A stretch of 64,000 nt of DNA from Octopus vulgaris (Eukaryota), in NCBI GenBank assembly GCA_951406725.2, contig OX597820.1:73408001-73472000 (forward strand), read 5' to 3'. The notes beneath the pieces were generated by a model that was not told the DNA's origin, did no database searches, and saw nothing but the letters and a program-made list of their open reading frames with translations. Below, piece after piece: positions 53,836 to 64,000 of this stretch. A program made the position numbers and the translations under genes. Numbering within the stretch: position 1 is the stretch's first letter; every line of letters starts with the position of its first letter.

Positions 53836-54232
53836 CTGCAGATTTAGAATGAAAAGGAATGCAAATATCTTAAACGCAAGTGTGGCCGGTGTGATTAAGA
53901 TGCTCGCTTTGCAGCCAGGTGGTTTTGGGTTCGGTCCCACTGCACTACAGCAAGTATTTCACTATAAACTCTAGGCTGACCATTGTCTGGTGAGTAAATT
54001 TGTAAAACGGAAACTGTGAGGAAGCCAGTTATGTGTGTGTGTGTGTGTGCGTGTGTGTGTTTGCATGTATGTAAAAGTAGTAAACACGAATGACGTATCG
54101 TGCCAGCACTTGAAGTCTACAATGTTGATTTATTTCACCATGTGGTTTTTACCTAGCCATTTTCTAGCGTCTTACGTGTTAATGTGCCTTGATTCCATAG
54201 AAATGCTTATAACTAAGTTATATATATGTACG

Positions 54233-54283
<51 letters not shown>

Positions 54284-55024
54284 TAATTTTCTATGAAAAG
54301 TATGTTGTCTATGAACTATTTTATGCATGCTATCCACTGGTAGCAAAGAAACACGTGTGTATGTGTCTTTGTGTTTGCTATTTGTCCTCCACCGCCTCTT
54401 GATAAATGGTGCTGATATTTTTACGTCCCCATAACTTAGCAGTTCAACAAAAGAGAATAACAGGAAAAGTACCAGCCTTAAAAATAAGTATTGGGGTCGA
54501 TTTGTTTAACTAAAACCCTCCAAGGTGCAGCACCAGCATGGCCACAATCCATTAAATAAAACAAGTAAACAATAAACGATAACATTAAACGAGTCATGTT
54601 ACCATAGGCGACAGAGGCAAATGATAAGACTTAATGATAGGATGTGCCATTATGTACAAATGTCTACAGAGCCAGGCCACGTATCTGTATTCTGTAAAGA
54701 GAGCGCTCTAGATGAGCCATGCACCTTACACCTTGCCGTCATTCCAAGCCATTGTCCATACTGAGTTCTTCATCTCTTTTACTCTTTTACTTGTTTCAGT
54801 CATTTAACTGCGGCCATGCTGGAGCACTGCTTTTAGTTGAATCAAATCGACCCCAGGACTTATTCTTTGTAAGCCTAGTACTTGTTCTATCGGTCTCTTT
54901 AGCCGAACCGCTAAGTTACAGGGACCTAAACACACCACCATCGGTTGTCAAGCGATGCTGGGGGTACAAACACAGATACACAACATATACACACACATAC
55001 ATATAGATATATATATATATATAT

Positions 55025-55340
55025 TGAAGTAGATAAATGAATTATCTTATTACGGATAATTCAAATGATAACCGATACTTGGGTAGCAAAAATCACAACA
55101 GAAAGAGCACGGTTAAAGTTACGACCATGGAGCATGGGCTCCTTGTGAGCGTTTGTTGAAAAGCTTGTTGTGCATTTTGTTGGAGAATTAAGTTCCTGGA
55201 TTTTCCTGAAGAGAAAGCTGCAAAATGAACTCCTTATTCAATCAGAATTAGGGACTTAGCAGACTTCGAAACATATGTCGAAAATAAAATAAAGGAATTT
55301 GATTAAATCTTCGTTCAGCTCCATTCTTTACTATACTTAA
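55025..55340 (+). mobile_element. Retrozyme-like non-coding cassette (~315 bp) inserted in (TA)n
   Basis: Unique sequence bounded by TA repeats inside a SINE, no meaningful ORF, carries an intact hammerhead. Confidence 0.65.
55200..55285 (+). ncRNA. Type I hammerhead ribozyme, intact core
   Basis: attttc-CTGAAGA-gaaagctgc...gcagacttc-GAAA-catatg-TC-gaaaat; 6-bp stem I, long stem II, palindromic stem III acatatgt, GUC site at 55279. Confidence 0.85.
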
Positions 55341-55554
55341 TATATATATAAATACATACATATATGTACATATATACGATGGGCTTCTTTCAGTTTCTGT
55401 CTGCCAAATCCACTCACAAGATTTTGGTCGGCTCAAGGCTATAGTAGAAGACACTTGCCCAAGGTGCCGTTAGTGGGACTGAACTCGGAACTATGTGGTT
55501 GGTAAGCAAGCTACTTACCACACAGCCATGCCATTTCAGTTTTCATGTACTTAC

Positions 55555-55748
55555 CATTTTCAGTGGAGGAATGAAGAATTTTTTGGATTTGAAGGAGTAT
55601 CAGCTTTGTTTTTGGAATGTGGTTTAGGCTGATTTTTCTGCTTGTTTTTCTTTCTATTTTTTCTCTTTAGTTAACCAAATAAGGAGTGATTTCTTTTGGA
55701 ATCAACAAAAGATAGGAGGCAATGGTAAAAACTTTAAGTAATGGAATC
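55555..55748 (-). other. Candidate exon ending in ATG (5' UTR plus start codon); upstream boundary uncertain
   Basis: Minus strand ...ccactgaaaATG|gtaagt: consensus donor, A at -3, in-frame upstream stop. Confidence 0.35.
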
Positions 55749-57120
55749 TAGCAGTAGATGAACTCTGCTACAATGTTTATTAATTAACATAGAAAATAGT
55801 TTGATCAATTCTGACATTAAAAGCTTTCCTGAAAGAATAGATTGTTTATTTGAATGAAATGCATTTTAAATACATTTAAACTATTTCATTAAAAAAACAG
55901 AGAATTTTCTTTACTTTGTTGCTTTTTTTTTATTTTCTTCATTAAATTTTATTTCACTGAAAATTAACAGAAAACTGGTTATAAAGAAAACTATGAGCAA
56001 AATAAGTAAAGAGAAGATTGAAGTCAGTCTTAAATCTAAGGAAAGAAGACAACATAATGGGTTTTAAAAACAATACATATTGAGTTACAGTTCCTTTACA
56101 TCATCCCATTTTTACACACACACACACACTACAAAAAGTAAAAAAAAGAGAAAGAAAGAAGAAAGCAAACACAAACAGGACAAATTTTAATCAAATTTAG
56201 TCCCTGGTTTTCTGGCAAAAAAACAGAAATTGCTTATTTTTGCACGCAATCAATCAATATTACTTAATCTTCTTCCAAAATGTACCACTTATACTCCTAA
56301 TTCAGTAATTTCAAGCTACAACTAGTTTCTTTATTTCTACAAAAACCAGATACGGTCCGTTGTGGGATTTACTATAAATGAGAAAAACGTCAGTCATTTC
56401 ACCACTGGATTTTCAGACTAAATGCAAAAGTAACTTTATGATCAATAAATCTTTCCATACACTTCCTAACAAATGACTGAGCAATGTCCTTCCATGCGTT
56501 ATTATCTATTCTGTCTCTAATTTCCAATTCTCTCTCTCTATTCATTTCCATTGACTGCTCTAAACCAGTTTCCTAAACTAAGCTGTGATGCCGTCAGCAT
56601 TCTAAGCTTGCTACATATATGCTAACATGGTGAAAAACAGGCAAATCGAAAACCTTATGCTTTCTCATTAGAGCTAAAGAATGCTCTAAGCCCCTGCAGC
56701 TTTCCTACCCAGAATAAGTTTCAAATTTAAGCAGTCGCAGGAAAAAAAAAAAATTTCAAAAATGGAAAAAGAAATTATTCTCAAGCTCTTGCAAACATGA
56801 TGATAAGAAAGAGGATTGTCGTCGTCATGGTCATGGTCATCATCATCATCATCATTTTGTGGCTGTGTAGTTTGCTTCCCGACCACATGGTTTTGGGTTC
56901 AATCCCTCCTTGATAGACTATAACTTCTACTATAACCCTGGGTCGGCCAAAACCCTGTGAGTCAATTTGGTAGAGAGAAACTGAAATAAGCCCATCATGT
57001 ATGTATATATATATATATATATATATATTGCCATCATCACCACCACCACCAACACCATCACCACCACCACCACCATCGTTGTCATCATCATCAATCATCA
57101 CTTAACATCCGTATTCCATT

Positions 57121-57343
57121 CTTATTTCTTTATTGCCCACAGGAGGCTAAACATAGAGGGGATAAACAAAGGGATTAAGTCAATCACATTGCCCCCAGTG
57201 TGTAACTGGTACTTATTTAAGTGACCCCGAAAGGATGAAAGCCAAGTCAACCTCGGTGGAATTTGAACTTAGAACGTAGCAGCAGACGAAATATGGCTAA
57301 GAATTTCGCCAGGCATGCTAACAATTCTGCCAGCTCGCTGCCT
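57121..57343 (-). mobile_element. SINE family A
   Basis: Reverse complement of A; catccRtattccatt on both sides (TSD-like). Confidence 0.85.
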
Positions 57344-57579
57344 TACATCCATATTCCATTCTGGCATGGGTTGGATAGTTGGACAAGGGTCTGGTAACTT
57401 GACAAACTGCATTGTGCTGTAGGGTTTGCTTTGACATGGTTTCTAAGCCTCGATGCCCCTTACTAACACCAACCACTTTCAGTGTATGTACTGGATGCTA
57501 TTTTTCATGCCACTGGCACTATTGAGGTCACCATTATAGCTTGCAAGCCAATAAACCCTGGGAAGGAAGGAGGATGCTG

Positions 57580-57718
57580 CATCCGTATATTAGATGGGGG
57601 TATGAGGGAAAAGTTTAGGATAGGGTGGGTTGCTACACTAAACTCTTCCCTCATACTCCCATCTAATATATGGATGTTGCATCCATATATTAGATGGAGG
57701 TATGAGGGAAGAGTTTAG
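57580..57718. repeat. Direct-inverted-direct triplication of a 39-bp unit
   Basis: 57580-57618 forward, 57638-57676 inverted, 57680-57718 forward. Confidence 0.9.
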
Positions 57719-58539
57719 GGTAGGGTGGATTGCTGTTGTAGAGGTATTATAAGGCTGCTCGCATTTAGGGGAGAGAGAGAGAAAGAGAGAGAGAGAGAGT
57801 GAGAGGATGTATATATGTATGTGTATGTTTGTGTTTGTTCTTGTCTCAGCATCATGGGATAGTTATAATCACAAATGCAGCTGGGAGAGGGTCTGTAGGG
57901 TTATAAGGAGCACCATTGTCATACAAGTGAAGTCCCCCACCACCGTTTCCAGTCTTCCCTGAAAATATGCCCAGCCCTGGAGAAATATTACCTTGCTTGC
58001 AAAAGAGGTAAAGGTTGGCAACAGGAAGGGTATTTAGCCATAGAAAATTTGCCTCAGTCATAGAATGGGATCAATGGGATTTAATTATGATTGAATTCAA
58101 CATATTCCCCTCTCACATTCACACACTTACTGCAGCAGTCCTTCAGTTTTTTCTAAGCTCTGCAAAAGAACTTGGAAAGTTGGGCTTCCAGCCAGGCCTT
58201 TTGCGATACCTTTGAAGCAAGGAACTTTTCAGAACCCCTTCATATATAAGGATTTTAAAGTCTAACGTACCTTTCCTTTCATAAACTGGTAATGTGAATT
58301 GAGTGACTACTAGCTGCATTTTCTAGCAAGTCAAGCACATGGCAGTGGTTTCCTTCCTTGTTCACTCATATATTCTTTACTTATTTGCAAAGCAATGAGT
58401 ACTCCAATACTGAGATTTTCTGCAACAATGTCTGATGTACATCATAACCAAAAAAGGATATGTATAATCCTATTATTTCTCTCGATTTCTTTATTTTCCT
58501 GTGCTTTTGTTACATAAAATGGTAAACACCAGCTGGACT

Positions 58540-59078
<539 letters not shown>

Positions 59079-59843
59079 GTGGTAGAACTTCTCTTTATGA
59101 AACTACACTAATTCCAAAAGGTATTTCTTTTCCCACGCAATGTTGTTATTGTTGTCGGATGATGTTATTGTTTTTTTGTTTTGTGTTTGTGTTAAATCTT
59201 TCCATTATTTCTACAAGCAACCAAACAACAAAGAGTTTGGGGATTTAGGGAATCTGGGATCATTGTTTCCAAGACTAAAAAGAAAAGAAAAATATAAAAT
59301 TTTGTAAGATTGAAAATAGTTTTTTGCACAATTCACAGAAAATTTCTGACAGGAGATGCAACAGAAATGCTTGTGTTGTGAATAAAACCATTCTTGTTAG
59401 TTCTCTGGAGTAAAATGCCACAAGAATTTCACTTTGGAAGAGAAGAGACTCCAGATTTGTTAAATTAGTATTTTATCGATCTTGATATGAAATTGGTTTC
59501 TTCTCTTCAATGAATGTGGAATATCTGTGTCCAAGACATTTAGAAATTCTTTTGAGCTTTTGTGTTATTTTGTATTCAGTGATTTTGCTCCCATCATCAT
59601 AATCATCATCATCTTCATCACCATCATAATCTTCATCATTATCATAATCATCATCATCATCTTCATCAACATCGTCATCATCATCATTATCATCATCATT
59701 TTGATATCCTGTCCATGCATAGTTGGATGAAATTTATTAAGCAGATTTCCTACACATCAATGCTCTTCCTGATGCCAACCCTCATCTGTTTCCAAGTAAG
59801 ATGATATTTCCCCAATCCTTCAATTTTTTTTTTTTTGAAGAAT

Positions 59844-60237
59844 AGGTGCAGGAGTGTCTGTGTGGTAAGTTGCTTGCTTACCAACCACATGGTTCCGGGC
59901 TCAGTCCCACTGCGTGGCACCTTGGGCAAGTGTCTTCTACTATAGCCTCGGGCCGACCAAAGCCTTGTGAATGGATTTGGTAGATGGTAACTGAAAGAAG
60001 CCCGTCGAGTATATATATATATACATGTTTGTGTGTCTGTGTTTGTCCCCCAACATCACTTAACAACCGGTGCTGGTGTGTTTACGTCCCCATAACTTAG
60101 CAGTTCAGCAAAAGAGACCGATAGATTAAGTACTAGGCTTACAAAGAATAAGTCCTGGGGTCGATTTGCTCAACTAAATGTGGTGCTCCAGCATGGCCGC
60201 AGTCAAATGTCTGAAACAAGTAAAAGAATAAAGAGTA
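59844..60237 (+). mobile_element. SINE family B (full length), followed by an inverted 5' fragment at 60325-60480
   Basis: Homology to the B pattern. Confidence 0.9.
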
Positions 60238-60542
60238 ATATTAGAAATGAAGGATATTATTTGCCTGATGGCAAAATTTGCTTACAACCATCATGTGATA
60301 ACACACATATACACACACAAACACTGAGTGGGCTTCTATCAGTTTCCATCTTCTAAATCCACTCACAAGGCTTTGGTTAACTGTCTATAGTAGAAGACAC
60401 TCACCCAAGGTGCCATGCAGTGGGACTGAACCTGCAACCATGAGGTTGGGACCTAAGCCATCTTGCCCACACAGCCAATCCATGTTTATAGAGAAATCTC
60501 AGTCAGCCTGAATTACATCAACATTGAAATACTTGATATGCG

Positions 60543-60599
<57 letters not shown>

Positions 60600-60861
60600 A
60601 CATCTTTGTGTGTATGTATGCATGCATGTGTGTGTGTATGTTTGCACATCTTTATGTGTGTGTGTATGCATGCATGCATGTGTGTGTACATGTTTGTGTG
60701 TCTGTGTGTGTGTGTATGCATGCGTGTGTACATGTTTGTGTGTGTGTGTGTGTTGTGTGAGTGTGTGTACGTGTGAATGTGTGTGCATCTTTATGTATGC
60801 ATGATTGTGTACATGTTTGTGTGTGTGTGTGCACGTGCATGTGTTTGTGTGTGTGTACAGA

Positions 60862-61036
60862 GTGTAACAAGGCTGACCCCTTGAATTACAGGTACAACAT
60901 ATTTTTGCCAGCTAAGTGGACTGGAGCAACATAAAATAAAGTGTCTTGCTCAAGAACACAATGCATCACCGGAAATTGAACTCACTGCCTTATGACTGTC
61001 AGCTGAATACTCTACCACTAAGCCACACACCTTCAC
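60862..61036 (-). mobile_element. SINE family C/D-type 5' part
   Basis: Similar to 32200-32376. Confidence 0.7.
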
Positions 61037-61789
61037 ATCTATATGTATATATGACAGGCTTCCACACAGTTTCCATCTACCAAATTAACTCACACGGCAT
61101 TCATTAGGCCAAGGTTATAGTGAAAGACACTTACCTAAACTGCTACCCATTATTCAACTCTTATAGTGAGCTGAAATATTGAATTCTATTTTCAGTAGCA
61201 ATTTCCATAGAAAATTCTATGTAAGGTTGCATATTTATAAAAGACTTACAAACCTATAATTTGTTGCCATCCTTAAAGAATCAATACATTAAATTAAATT
61301 ATCCGCAGTCCTATTTTTATTTCCCTTAATTTCCATATGCAAATATACAGGTGTGAGCAGCGCCCCATATATTTATGTAGAGGAATATTTAGACATGATG
61401 CACATATATTAGCACACACATGGTAAAATGGTAAAAGCAGTCTCAGTTATTCTCACAAAGAATGGGAGTAAACATGTATTTATATTTCCTCAAATACTTT
61501 TGAATCAAAATAACAAAAGAATGGTAATATAGATGGCAAAAGTAGAATTACATTTATACGTTACTATATATATATGTGTGTGTGTGTGGGTGACTGTGTG
61601 TTTGTGTGTGTGTGTGCATGCATATGTATACATATATACACACACGTATATATACACACAAACACATACACATATATTTATATAAGTGTATATACATATC
61701 TATATACACATGCAGATATCTATTTATATATAAGTATATATATATGTATATATATACTTGTGTGTATATATGTTTAAGTATTATGTGTA

Positions 61790-61840
<51 letters not shown>

Positions 61841-61978
61841 TGTGTGTATATTTATGTGTATGTCTGTATGTATTTATGCACACACATATATATATAAACA
61901 ATATATCTATGTATATATGTGCATGATGCATATGTATATGTGTGTGTGTGTATATATATATATGTGTGTGTGTATATA

Positions 61979-62023
<45 letters not shown>

Positions 62024-62424
62024 TGCAGTTTTCTTCTTTCTATACAATCCACTGACATATCTTATTTTTAGGAGATGCACTTAACTTTTTTGAATATCTT
62101 TCTTTTCTTCGCAAAATTCATTTTTGTATCATCCTAACAGAGTTTTCTCTTATTTCCAAGACTCAGTAAGTAGTTTATTCATTGTTATACCAAATATACA
62201 ACAAAGAACTAACAATAGCACATTGGCTTACTGTTCTAATTTAATTTAGCTCCAGTCTAGCTCGATCTTTTCTGAGTTATTGTTTGAGAATTGGCTGATT
62301 AAAAAAAAAAAATGTTAGTAATCATTATAGGCTATGAATTATGTATAGTACCAAGTTTGGTACTATCTGTTTAAGAACTGACTGATTAAAAAATTGACTC
62401 TGACGAAAATGACTATGAATATTA

Positions 62425-62817
62425 GCGTGGCTGTGTGATAAGTAGCTTGCTTACCAACTACATGGTTCCGGGTTCAGTCCCACTGCGTGGCATCTTGGGC
62501 AAGTGTCTTCTACTATAGCCTTGGGCCGACCAAAGCCTTGTGAGTGGATCTGGTAGATGAAAACTGAAAGAAGCCCATCGTATGTATATATATATATATT
62601 TATGTGTGTGTATGTTTGTGTGTCTGTGTTTGTCCCCTAACATCACTTGACAACCGATGCTCGTGTGTTTACGTCCTCGTAACTTAGCAGTTCAGCAAAA
62701 GAGACCGATAGAATAAGTACTAGGCTTACAAAGAATAAGTCCTGGGGTCGATTTGCTCATCTAAAGGCGGTGCTACAGCATGGCCACAGTCAAATGACTG
62801 AAATGAGTAAAAGAGTA
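62425..62817 (+). mobile_element. SINE family B
   Basis: Near full length. Confidence 0.9.
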
Positions 62818-63067
62818 GTGTATGTACTACCTGGTTTAGTCTTTGAGTTCACTACCTCCACTCTCCAGGGCCCCTGCCCTCTGTACAGGCTTATACTGCA
62901 GACCCAAAAGTGCCATGCCCATAAAAATCTGGGACAGATCACATCCTTCACTCCTGGGTCCCCATTTCTAATACAGGCTTTGTTCAAAGGATCCTTGTTA
63001 TTTATACAAGAAATAATTAAGCATTAATCTGATGTCATACTTGAAGATTATTTGTTAAATGAAAGCT

Positions 63068-63241
63068 TTGTGGCTGTGTGATAAGTAGCTTGCTTACCAA
63101 CCACATGGTTCCGGGTTCAGTCTCACTGCGTGGCACCTTGGGCAAGTGTCTTCTACTATAGCCTCGGGCCGACCAAAGCCTTGTGAGTGGATTTGGTAGA
63201 TGGAAACTGAAAGAAGCCCATCGTATATACGTATCTATCTA

Positions 63242-63323
<82 letters not shown>

Positions 63324-63533
63324 TGTATATGTTTGTGTCTGTGTTTGTTCCCCCAACATTGCTTAACAACCGATGCTGGTGTGTTTCCGTCCCCATAACT
63401 TAGTGGTTTGGCAAAAGAGACCGATAGATAAAGTACTAGGCTTACAAAGAATAAGTCATGGGGTCGATTTGCTTGACTAAAGGCGGTGCTCCAGCATGGC
63501 CACAGTCAAATGACTGAAACAAATAAAAGAGTA
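63068..63533 (+). mobile_element. SINE family B
   Basis: Near full length. Confidence 0.9.
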
Positions 63534-63835
63534 TTATATAATGTTAATATCTTTGTTTTGCCATATACAGTATATTAAAAAAAAACTCTTCTATCTATGG
63601 TAATGTTCATTTTGACAAATTAAATATCTTAAAATTTTCATTAACTTTGTGTGATTTTCTAAGACAGTCTTTCTTATATTACATTTATGTTTTAAAAAAT
63701 TCCTGATGAGAAATCATGTGTTGAAACAGATATTGTTGTATTTTGGGATAGTCAGTTTTCTGTCAGATAAAAACATGCACTTTATACTTGTTCTTCACTT
63801 CAGCTTTATTATTATTCATTTTTTATTGACCATTC

Positions 63836-63997
63836 TCTGAAATCTTTTGTCACACTTCCTGTGACCTCTTCAGTAACACTCTATCCCAGGTGTCTCCTTC
63901 TATCCTGTTTAGTCCATTTTCTGAGAATGGACTAAACAGGACAGGACACATGAGAGTCACTGAAAAGGTCACAGAATGTATGACAAAATATTTCAGA
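63836..63997. repeat. Long imperfect hairpin with a perfect 16-bp apical stem
   Basis: tcctgtttagtccatt/aatggactaaacagga (63903-63941) inside outer arms tctgaaat..gtgacc..tcagt / actgaaaaggtcacag..atttcaga. Confidence 0.8.
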
Positions 63998-64000
63998 CAA

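Larger units (their letters stand above)
54775..55531 (-). mobile_element. SINE family B interrupted by a hammerhead cassette
   Basis: 3' half at 54775-55000, 5' half at 55375-55531, insert in the central TA tract. Confidence 0.9.

Noticed and set aside
63698-63740. CTGATGA...GAAA..TA hammerhead-like match
   Set aside because: Stems I-III do not pair

Overview
AT-rich, microsatellite-saturated eukaryotic DNA. The SINE families and repeat style suggest an octopod cephalopod (Octopus-like); this is an inference, with no database search. I see no intact long protein-coding gene, and almost all ORFs in the track are microsatellite or SINE artefacts. Recognisable content: dozens of tRNA-derived SINE copies in about four families; three decayed Penelope-like (RT/GIY-YIG) elements; a Tx1/L1 3' end; three 3' ends of an RLE-type (R4/Dong-like) LINE, each starting at a (TACA)n tract; a pogo/Tigger transposase relic; a non-autonomous Helitron; mariner, Tc2-like, hAT and piggyBac-like MITEs; a 5S rRNA pseudogene; and a tRNA-Asp(GTC) pseudogene. 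The most notable signal is a set of type I hammerhead ribozyme motifs. One is essentially intact (55200-55285) and sits inside a ~315-bp non-coding cassette inserted into a (TA)n tract, a retrozyme-like mobile unit. There are also many local inverted duplications and a tentative minus-strand spliced transcript with short exons. Boundaries of decayed elements are approximate.
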